DNA of 33,148 nt from Octopus bimaculoides. Taxonomy: Eukaryota. The notes beneath the pieces are model-generated. The model was given only the letters and a program-made list of their open reading frames with translations, ran no database searches and was not told the DNA's origin. The stretch spans positions 57,521,774 through 57,554,921 of the forward strand of contig NC_068993.1 in assembly GCF_001194135.2 (NCBI RefSeq), given 5' to 3'. Made by a program: the position numbers and the translations under genes. This document shows positions 23,214-33,148 of this stretch, one piece after another (the first letter of the stretch is position 1; every line of letters starts with the position of its first letter).

Positions 23214-24550
23214 TTGCTCTTTTTATTACCAAATTTGTTGCTACTTTATATTTTCTATACTATTCCCCATCTTTATAAGAGAGCAATTTATTGTAATCCT
23301 TTCTCTTTCGGATTAAATTTCTTGGAGCAGCAGGTACACTCTTTTGTGACTCACAGCTTTCACACTTCTGTTGATTTGTCCTGGATTCACCAATGTCTCG
23401 CAAAACTACTTAAAGAATTCCTGTAATTGATATTGATGCTTTTAAATTAAATCATTTAAATTAGCTAACATTTGCACACCTTTCTTTTCTGTCAATTTTT
23501 TTGTTTTGTTCCAATAATTTTTAAATTCTAATTTTTTTTTTCTTTTTGTTTTCCCATCTTTGATCTGTCACTATTTCTGAAAAAAAAAAAAAAAAAGGAT
23601 CGTGTGCACAAGAACCCCATTGTACCTCTGGTTAGTACCTTTTCCTGCTATTTCAAATGTACTCATATTAAACTATTTATATACAATGCACATCAAACAC
23701 TTGTTGTCGATTATCACATTTACCACTACCTAACTAAGCTGCTTATCCGATATCTCTGGCTGCAGTTGTTACTACTGCAATAGTAATTGCTGTATCTGAT
23801 TTTTACTCTTGGTATTAGCCTTCTTGCTCGTGATATTGCTGTAGTTGCTTCTGATGTTGCTGTTATAGTTGCGGCTGTAGTTATTATTTTAGTTATTGGT
23901 GTGGCTGTTATGAGACAACAACATCAAGTTTCTGTTACCCGCTTTTGTGGCTAATATTTTCTCTGTTTCTGCTGTCACAAGAAAACACAGCATTGCACTT
24001 TTCACCATGATACTCAAAGTTAGTTTTCGTCCAGACGCTATTACCTCAAGTGTGTACTCGGATGAATACACGCAATCCAGTTGCAGACTAATACTTCTTG
24101 CGCTGCTCCTTCATGTGTCCTCTTCTTATAGAACAACGCATGACATGACACCTCTCAAGAAACGTTCATTTCCTACGGCACATTCAGAAGCCTCTCTTTG
24201 AAAAGTTATAGAAGAATGAATATGAGTACAAAACCCCTGTCAGGCATAGTAGAATGCTTCTATTCGAGAACTTCCGAAAGGAATCTTTCATATACAATCC
24301 TACCTATATTGTCTGGTGTGCGGATATGTAGAGACGAAACTGTGTCAAAGCATAACCTTCTCAAGAATTTCTCCATCTCAGCCTGTGTAGCTCATTCCAC
24401 TTGTATCTTTACCGGCACGTACCAGTTACTCATCTGGTGGCTATTTTCTACAAGCGAAAATATTTATGCAACCGTTTTCTCCTATCTCTTAACGAGTTTT
24501 AGGCTACTATTTCGTGGGCTGCTCCTTTAAACCTATTTGTTTAAAATTGT

Positions 24551-24551
24551 T

Positions 24552-24638
<87 letters not shown>
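24551..24638. repeat. (TTTC)n microsatellite
   Basis: Directly visible. Confidence 0.97.
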
Positions 24639-25134
24639 GACGACTGTAATTGAAGAGCTCTTGTTTTTGCTCTCATTTACGCTGCAGTTGCTGTTGGTCG
24701 TAGCTCTGACGGTCACAATGAATATGATAACAATACTTGTGGTGACAGTGGTGACGAAAGACGACAAAAAAAAAATATCGATTTTCGAAGATGGTAATGT
24801 TGCTGAAGCTGGAGATGCTGTTAATCGATTGGACAGCATCGGGAATGGTGCGGTAGTCGTCATCGTTGCAGCGATGCAAACAATACTTATGTATTTTATC
24901 GTCGTAGTCTTTGTTATTTTTTTTTCTCCTTCATCTCTTTGACGTTATTTTTGTTCTTATCATTGTTGTTCTCACTAGCGTTCTACTTTGAAACAGGCAG
25001 AACCCGACGTCCTTTTTTTGTTAAAATATAGAATTGTAAGTTGTTTGTGTAACATGTCTCGTGATATTTGTCTTCGGTTTTGTTGCTTTCATTACTGTTG
25101 AAAATTGGAACGCTTCAATGCTGATGGAGGTGAA

Positions 25135-25136
<2 letters not shown>

Positions 25137-25208
<72 letters not shown>

Positions 25209-25213
25209 CATTA
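25137..25213. repeat. (TTA)n microsatellite
   Basis: Directly visible. Confidence 0.97.
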
Positions 25214-25623
25214 TTCCTATCGGTATTCCTAATGCTAGCTCTATACCAAAAATATTCGGTACATAATTCTTTATTCTTATTTTTTAAATTTTTGTTGTAC
25301 TCAGTAAATTAGGTTAGAGCATGTACTAACTTCTTCACCACTGCTACTCAGGCTGTTATATTTACGTTTCCACCCAATTTCTCCTCCTTCTTTTAAAGTC
25401 GAACTTGCTCACATTTACAATATAATGTCCATTCCCAGTTGTAGACAAAGGTGAAATCAAAATTATATCTAGTTTATTGAAAAAGATATCGCGAGTTCTG
25501 AAAGTAAAGAATAGAACTGAAAAGCTTTGATAAATCTCCAAAATTAAGGGGAAAATTGCGATAAACTACTGGGAACGTCGTTTGTACAAATGCAGCTGAA
25601 GCTTGATGTTGATGATAATAATA

Positions 25624-26176
25624 ATGCAGTACCAGGCGTGGTGGCTCGCATGGCGTCTGATCTTAACTGATTGGAAGTGTTATAATGTACATTGATTTGT
25701 CTTGGTATAAAAGCTGGGCTACAGCAAATAATCTGCTCAATACCACAGATTTGCTTGTTAGTGGTTTGACCTTTACCAGTTGACCATGTCCCCTGGTGGC
25801 TGAAGATATGTGCATCTCTGATCACGGGCAGCAGTAGTTGGAGAGCATCATAGTCGTGTGTTGAGAAGAATTCTTTGGGGGTTTGGATAACTCACTTCTG
25901 AAAAACAGGGTTGCTGCGTTCAATATCCTTAAACAACCCTTATTCATGGTCCTTTTGAGCTGGATGGGATACTCGATCTGAACAAAATTCTAACTGGGCC
26001 CCACCTGCAAGGTCATGCGCTGTTTATTTTAATATGAGATCACCATGCCGTGCATATATTGTTGTGATGCATGTATCTGGTATAACCTTATAGAACGGAT
26101 AGACATGATGGGTATATTGGGTTTCGTATATTTGTACCCCAGTGTCACTTTGATGGCATGTGCTGCTCTCTCACTC
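25624..26176 (-). mobile_element. Unclassified ~550-bp interspersed repeat, copy 1 (probable non-autonomous retroposon or LINE 3' region)
   Basis: Collinear homology with 26191-26573 (e.g. tctgctcaataccacagatttgc and gtgcatctctgatcac are shared). An (AAT)n remnant lies at the left end. Strand is inferred from the shared tailed left ends. Confidence 0.65.
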
Positions 26177-26190
26177 GATAATAATAATAA

Positions 26191-26573
26191 ATGTCCTCAT
26201 GCAGCACCAGGCATTGGCTCTCATGACTTCTGGTCTTAACGGATTAGAAGTGTCACCATGCACATATTTTGCCTTGCTATAAATGATGGAATACAACAAA
26301 TATTCTGCTCAATACCACAGATTTGCGTATCAGTTGCTTGACCTTAACCAGTTGAGCATGTCCCTTGGTGGCCGAGGATAAGTGCATCTCTGATCACAAT
26401 CAGAAATAGTGGGGTAGCATCATAGCTATGTGTTGAGATGAATTCTTGGGGAGAGGAGTGGGGTGAATAAATCACCCCTGGAAATATGGGTGTTTCGTTC
26501 AATATACTTGAACAACCCCTATTCAGGTACCTTTTGAGTGGGCTAGGCTGCTCGACCTGAAGAGAATTCTAAC
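26191..26573 (-). mobile_element. Same repeat, copy 2 (truncated at aattctaac)
   Basis: Begins atgtcctcatgcagcaccaggc after ataataataataa. Homology to copy 1 ends at aattctaac (26573). Confidence 0.65.
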
Positions 26574-26584
26574 GTGCCAATGAA

Positions 26585-26589
26585 TAATG

Positions 26590-26654
<65 letters not shown>

Positions 26655-26760
26655 TCTTTTATAATTTAGGCACAAAGTCAGTATATTTGTGGGAAGAAAT
26701 TTAGTCGATTGTATCAACATTGGTAATACAGTGGTACTTTACTTATTCTAACCTCGAAAT
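26585..26760 (-). mobile_element. (AAT)n tail plus degenerate SINE family 1 3' fragment
   Basis: (AAT)n at 26585-26653, then taggcacaaagtcag...ttagtcgattgtatcaac...gtggtactttacttattctaacctcgaaa. Confidence 0.6.
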
Positions 26761-29239
26761 TGGAGGAAATCAAGAGCCGAAAGAAATAACAAGAAATGAT
26801 TATATCTAAAAGAAACAGAAATCGTTCTAATAAAACTAGTAACAAAAATAACATTGATATGTGAAGGATACGTTGAGAAGGCAACATTTAAGACATTCAG
26901 ACAAACACATGACAAATATAAACACAAGATGGTGAAAATAGGTCAAGAGGAGAACAAAAAGTTCCCAAACTTAAAGAATTTTCCTCTTAAAAGAAGAAAG
27001 AAAAGAAAAATGTAGAAGCAATTGTTAACAATACTAAAGAAGAAAGGGAGATAATTACAAGCGATTAAGAAATTATCTTTGACAGTTAATTTAAATACTT
27101 AAAGATAAAAGTGTAATGTAATTTGTTTGAAGCGTTGCGTTTGTAATTTGTATAGGCAATGTTAAAAAATACTGTAACCAATGTAACTGAGAAAATGGGC
27201 AAAATATATAACGTGCCAATGAATAATAATTGCAAAGAGAAACAATTGTATTTCTCTATATAAGTTGTTTAATACTTCTTTTTATTTCGGGAATAATTCC
27301 ACCTTCCCAAATATATAAGTGAAAATAAGGGAAATTTTCGGAGAAAAATGTTATTATCTGCAGGTTATTCTGGTATGTTGTGATCTCCTAGGAATCAGTA
27401 TCTATTGATGAAGAATAACTATAGCCATATTTCCTTCTATAAGTTCCAGTGAGCGTAATAGGAGTCGTCGCAGTATTCCAGCCATCATTCTTTAACCCAT
27501 TTATTAAAATTCATACCATTGACCTAATTACTTTATTTCGCATAGCTCATTATATATTTTATAATTATACAAAAATTATGCTGCCAGGCCTTGCACCCAT
27601 ATTTTTTAGAGTGATTATACAAATCCAAAACAAACAGCAAAATCTATAAAGAAACATCATAATATGCTCATTAATATGATAAAATAAACAAATATGAAAA
27701 GGGATGCCAGTTTCTTTGCACTTAATCGACTGTCCACTAAGCTCTTTTTTTAATTAGATGTGTTGTAATTAGCCTAATTGCTGATTGCTGATTGCGTGTG
27801 CGATGATCGTTCGTTGGCGATTAGGGTTTGTTTGGCGTTCCCTCGAATTAATCTCACAATATCAATGAATCATGTATGCATACGGTTGCTATCAAAAAAA
27901 AAAAGCCAAAACAAAACCGCATACATACAAACTGCTAGACCGTATTCACACATACGGAAATACACGCATACATGTGCTATATGCATATAAATGAGTTTGT
28001 GCGTGTGTGTGCATACGTGCATATACATATCAATATTCGCATGTATTTATGCACCTGCATATGCATATCTACATTTTATATGTGTATGTGCAAAGATATT
28101 TATATACGCATAGGCATACATACACATGTATGTATGCAAATGTCGATGCTTATAATGCAATGTGACTATATTGTGGATATATACGTCGGTGCAGTTCTGT
28201 AATCTAAGCAGTAGGTTTATGTATCGATTACTACTTCTCAATAATTTTTTGCGGTCTTCCTTTCGTACTCAGTCTCAGATGCAAAATTTCTGACACGCTT
28301 TGCTTTTGAATTTTCTTACAGGAAAATAAAAATAATATACACCCCAAAGGCTATTGCTGAACTTGTTATATTAATCATTCTTGTGTCACACATAAACTTG
28401 ATGGCATTTTAGTAATGTTTTCAATAACAGAACATATGTGCAATAAACTGACTAATTTCTTTTTTAAGATATTAAAATGCTTGTCTTTTCTTCGTATTTA
28501 TGTTTGTGAATAAAATCTTAAATCACATCAACACGATGTTAGGAACTAAATCAACTTTCACAAAAACTTTTGAGCAGCTGAAAGGTATTCCTCTTTGATA
28601 AACTAATTCTTTTCAAGTAGCAGATCCTCTTGTTTGGCTTTAATCTAAGAACATTGCCTATAGAAGGCAATTCTTTTTCGTCATATGATTTCAAACAATA
28701 CTTGGAATTTCTAAGACATTCTTTTCAATTTACTGACATTGTTATATTTTGAATTATGTAAAATAAAAGCTTGAGTTTCGTCAAGAGCTGTCAAAGATTC
28801 AACTATGACAAGAGGTAAATTCTTTTTATACCTATTTTATTTATTAAAGAAAACATTTCAGAATTTTTATTTTCTAGCTTTTCCTTTTTAAATTGCCCTT
28901 TGTATATAAAATGATATCAGTGTGTCTGTATATTCCAATATTTTTTTCCTTTTTACTTTGTATCCATCTGTTCATGTTATTTAGGTGTTGAATCGTGTAA
29001 AATATTCCATGTTAGGAAGACACAATTCATTTATAAAATGCAAGAAACGTTTTTCATGTTTCATGACCACAATATAGCGCTTATAGCTTGACATCCAACT
29101 CGCTTCGTCGGGAGAGTTAAGCGCCTTCGCTCCCTGTTTACGTCAGAACAAATTTCTTAAGTATGTCTGAAATGGTTAGCTGTATAGAAAATTTAACATT
29201 TCGATAATTGTATCTCAAAACCTGTTTCAGCTATGCCCT

Positions 29240-29640
29240 TCATTTAGTGACGTGTGGGTTTCCTAATCACATCACATTTTTGCTATTTTACAAGTACTAT
29301 AAGATCTATAGAACACCCTACAATAGAAGGAGCAGCATTAGTATAAATCTCTAAACGAATTTCTTGTTGATTCTCATTTTAGAAGGTGTTTATTGAAAGT
29401 ATGAAAAAATATCTTCCTCTTTCGTAACATCTAACATTACATTGCAATATAAAACTGGTTTATTCTTTCATCCCTATCAATAAAACGAATGTTAAAAGCT
29501 GCCCTGTGTTGATAATATCTGTTGATTCATCAAACATCAAAGCGAAATTTGAATGTTATGACAGCATGTATTTCCTGAAAATCAGTGGAGGATTCCAAAA
29601 TGCGCTCACTATTTTAGTGAGAAATTGTAGCTGTTTCTTG
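29240..29640 (-). mobile_element. hAT (Buster/Charlie-like) transposase remnant
   Basis: The minus strand gives SNFALMFDESTDIINTGQLLTFV (DEST at 29520-29531; cf. FALQLDESTD...QLLVFVRY) and IYTNAAPSIVG (29316-29348; cf. ICTDGAPAMVG) in the expected order. Stops and frameshifts are present. It may extend leftwards to about 28400. Confidence 0.7.
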
Positions 29641-30579
29641 CTATATTTATCTCTTAGCATTTTGTTTTAATTCCTGTGCATGGAAGGCAAAATATCTGAC
29701 TTGGATTTTGGATAAAACAAATATAAAACAATGCATTTACGAAACTGGTGGAGAACGAGGAGAGGCAAAACTGGGTATAGGAAACTAAGGTTGAGAAACA
29801 GAGAGAAATTAGAAGCAGAAATAAAGGTTATTGATATGAATGTGGAGCAACATGCTAGGAAGAAACTGATAAGAATAAGAAATACATTAAAGTGTGCGAT
29901 AATCGGGTCACTCACTTTCTTCATTTCTGAAAATGCTTTAGCTCCTAGAAAGTTAGTGACTTACCAATGAAATATATTGCTTGCAAGATGATAGGACTAC
30001 ATATGCTGCTTTGGATTGTAGAGTTATTTTTTAACCACTCTTCGTAAGAGCATTCTCTCACAGAGATATATCTACAACGCCCAAGTGCCGCTAAAGAGTT
30101 GAGACTGTAAAACCCGGTTGACCTGCAATAATTACATTACAGTAAGTTTGACATCAAGTATCAAAGAAGACTCCGGGAAATTGCCCGAACCCGCTGTCTC
30201 CTTCGCCTATAGTAGCTTTAAATCTACATGAAAGAGAAAGCGAAGAAAAAATAATTTTCGCAGCCCAGATTCTATATAAACACAAAGGTTTAAATTGAAT
30301 GCACCAAGTAACAATGTCGAAAGACAGCAATAACTCAACTCCGTTGACAGAGTCCTTCAAATCCTATCCATTGCTGACAAGGAAAGGGCGCGTCTCGACG
30401 TATTACTATGGTGAATCCCTGATTCATAAGATAACTTATTCAATCCGAATTACAAATATGATGGTGATGAATAATGATCCTAGATGAAAGTACGCCTATT
30501 GACATGTGTATCTATGTATGTATGTTTATGTATGTATGTATGTGTGTGTGTATCTATCTATCTATCTATCTATCTAACT

Positions 30580-30657
30580 GATGAAAGGCAAAGACGACCT
30601 CGGCGGAATTTGAACTCAGAACGTAAAGACAGACGAAATAACGCTAAGCATTTCGCC
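30580..30657 (-). mobile_element. SINE family 1 head half
   Basis: gatgaaaggcaaagacgacctcggcggaatttgaactcagaacgtaaagacagacgaaataacgctaagcatttcgcc is close to 6361-6436. Confidence 0.85.
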
Positions 30658-31463
30658 ACCTTACCAGTTAATATATTTACACATATTTACACATACAACG
30701 TTTCGATATACGTATGTATGTGTAAGTGCGAAATAATTTTTAACAGCAGCAAGCAGTTTGTAGTGAAGGCTCCAGTGATTCTCACTTGAGATAACCAGCA
30801 TGAAAACTGCTTCGGAATGATAGCATTTTATGTAGTTATGGACAGCTTGCTCGGCTGTTTATATTCAAGAGGCGTGCTCGCACTTACCTGAACAGGAAAA
30901 ATTAATCAGAAAGATCCCTTAAATAGGATTTCAAAATGTTTCTACTTGTAGGAAGGCGATAAAATCTAAGGACAGCAAGAGACTTTAAGTCACCTGTGTT
31001 AGATCAAAACCAATTACATTTTGTACCGAAGTCAACAGGTCTGTGATTGCAGGAACTACTCAAGAGATAATTATATTGCTGAATGATTTAATTGAGGAAA
31101 GGCGATTAATGCTCGCTTCCTGTCCCTAAATAATCAAGCAGCTTTGAGGTATTTTTGTCTAAGGCCATCGAGACCTACACACAATCCATAATGTAATAAC
31201 AAGTAATTTTGCTTTAAATTAACTAATGAGATTGATGGATGCAAACGAACTGGAAAAAGTGGTCTTTTCAAATGTGAAGGCGCTTGATGATGCAATAAAG
31301 GAAAAGCATATTACGTAGCACTCTGCATTTAATGAATAACACTAGACCTTGACCATAATATCCATGAAACTCATATTCGTTCAGATTCGTGTTTAATTGC
31401 CCCCCCCCCCCTTTCTAGGGGCTAACGAGAATGTTGTTGAATATCCTTCTGATTGACAGAGAG

Positions 31464-31502
<39 letters not shown>

Positions 31503-31538
31503 GAATACAAAACGATAAGAATTTATAGCTATTTGTTC

Positions 31539-31775
31539 TTTATCTTTTACTTGTTTCGACTATTAGATTGTGGTCATGCTGGAGCACCGCCTTGAAGAAT
31601 CTTAATCTAATGAATAGAACTTATTACTCATATTTTTAAAGCCTGATACTTGATTTATCGGTTTATTTTGCCGAAACACGAGATAAAAAGGTTGATACAC
31701 TTTAACACACCAATACCGCTTGTCAAGCAGTGGTAGTCGCAGGGAACAAACAGAGCCACACAGACAAACACATAC
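31539..31775 (-). mobile_element. Second SINE-like family (family 2), 3' half running into CA/TA microsatellite
   Basis: tttatcttttacttgtttc...ggtcatgctggagcaccgccttgaag...tttaaagcctgatacttgatttatcgg...ccgcttgtcaagcagtgg...acaaacagagccacacagac resembles an abundant octopus repeat as I recall it (unverified). It shares a tacttattttatcg-like module with family 1. Confidence 0.6.
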
Positions 31776-32053
31776 ACATGCATGCACATAAACACATATT
31801 TATACATGTATTTATGTAGTATTATATTCTATATGTATACACACATACACACCCGCACACGCTGTATATGCATGCACACACACACACAAACACACACATG
31901 TATATATATGTATGTATGTATATTTATATATGCATGTATCTATATTTACAGAGCAAATAATTCGGTAGAAAATAATTGAAAGAAACCATAAACTCTATTA
32001 CTATGCAGGATACAATCATTAAATTTGATAATAACGACATTAACAATGTAGAC

Positions 32054-32340
32054 NNNNNNNNNNNNNNNNNNNNNNNNNNNNNNNNNNNNNNNNNNNNNNN
32101 NNNNNNNNNNNNNNNNNNNNNNNNNNNNNNNNNNNNNNNNNNNNNNNNNNNNNNNNNNNNNNNNNNNNNNNNNNNNNNNNNNNNNNNNNNNNNNNNNNNN
32201 NNNNNNNNNNNNNNNNNNNNNNNNNNNNNNNNNNNNNNNNNNNNNNNNNNNNNNNNNNNNNNNNNNNNNNNNNNNNNNNNNNNNNNNNNNNNNNNNNNNN
32301 NNNNNNNNNNNNNNNNNNNNNNNNNNNNNNNNNNNNNNNN
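32054..32340. other. Assembly gap
   Basis: Directly visible. Confidence 0.98.
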
Positions 32341-32499
32341 TATATATATATGTATATATATACATGTTGGTAAGTATAGGAGTGCGTGCGTGCGTGTCTT
32401 ACTACCAATACCGTTGATAATAGATATCGTTCGTGAAACAGATATCCGTATTGGAAAATGTGCAAACATGCAATAAGATACAAACTGACATAATTTATT

Positions 32500-32960
32500 T
32501 ATACGATGTGTCAGTAAAGACATCTTGTACTTATTCTTTTACAGTGCAACTTCAAAATAATTGAGAATGCTGATGTGTATTTCTTAAGCACATCGCTAAG
32601 ACTAAATGTATTATATTATGGATTGCTAAAATTTTTGTTAGCTATGGTTCACCGTTTTGATTTTATTCTGTGTTGATAATTTCGTAGTAGATTTTCATCA
32701 GGTAGAATCCATGATTTTCTTTGAATTTCTGGGTTGCGGACAAAATTTTAATCTAATCCTGTTTAATAGTTCGCGTTATACTGTTATTGACAGAGGTCTT
32801 TTTTCTTCCTGAACGCCACTTGTTAAAAGATATGGGTCACGAAACATAACGCGTTCGACCGGAATTTGGAAAAAGTTAAGGGTCGCAGAGATATTCATTA
32901 GCAAGCATCAGAAGTCGACTCTTATCGTTTAATATTCCATTGAATGGATTTAATGTCATA
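32500..32960 (-). mobile_element. Possible very decayed Tc1/mariner N-terminal remnant
   Basis: The minus strand gives RSGRKKTSV at about 32790-32817 (cf. the RSGRPR motif between the HTH domains). The surrounding frame is broken, so support is weak. Confidence 0.25.
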
Positions 32961-33112
32961 GCACGCAAATATCTCGTGATTTATATGAATAACTGTTGAG
33001 CAGTTTTCGCGAAAAATACCGCGCAAAAACGAAAACGATTGCCCCTATCGAATACGAGTGAATCTTGATACGATGTAAATATGTACCATTTCTACAAACA
33101 TAAGCTTTATGC

Positions 33113-33148
<36 letters not shown>

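Noticed and set aside
25432-25575. Possible MITE bounded by ttcccagt / actgggaa
   Set aside because: Only 8 bp of inverted match, no TSD and no second copy.
29080-29150. Helitron-end-like motif (tagc…ctcgcttcgtcggg)
   Set aside because: The hairpin and CTAG terminus are imperfect and no matching other end was found.
29731-29970. Basic 79-aa ORF with an RRGK motif resembling a LINE C-terminus
   Set aside because: The resemblance is limited to a few residues and is not distinguishable from purine-rich composition.
31235-31318. Short protein-like ORF MDANELEKVVFSNVKALDDAIKEKHIT
   Set aside because: Only 27 aa, with no convincing splice sites or recognisable homology.
5284-33148. The many 60-400 aa ORFs rich in YI/CV/HT/LS/poly-I/poly-L or X
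   Set aside because: They are translations of microsatellites or read-through of N gaps, with no domain content.
1-33148. CRISPR array, prokaryotic operon or true tRNA gene
   Set aside because: There is no repeat-spacer structure or dense coding sequence. The tRNA-like A/B boxes belong to SINE heads and do not form a full cloverleaf.

Overview
AT-rich animal genomic DNA with six assembly gaps (about 2.25 kb of N). It is dominated by microsatellites and decayed mobile elements. No host protein-coding gene, rRNA, tRNA gene or CRISPR array can be supported, and almost all ORFs in the track are microsatellite or N-run artefacts. The main interspersed repeat is a tRNA-derived SINE (about 11 copies or fragments, one well preserved at 6251-6467), plus one copy of a second SINE-like family. 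These resemble abundant Octopus/cephalopod repeats as I recall them (inference, not database-verified). Transposon fossils read from the sequence: a 5'-truncated RTE-type LINE 3' end with a candidate 12-bp TSD, an internal DD37D (maT-type) Tc1/mariner transposase fragment, a Buster/Charlie-like hAT transposase remnant, a very old CR1/L2-like LINE, and two tandem copies of an unclassified ~550-bp repeat. The most notable observations are: a perfect 19-bp direct repeat bracketing a composite ~620-bp segment, a strong minus-strand bias of elements, a 91-nt hairpin directly after a consensus splice donor, and SINE breakpoints that cluster at the element's internal hairpin. I found no convincing novel gene system.
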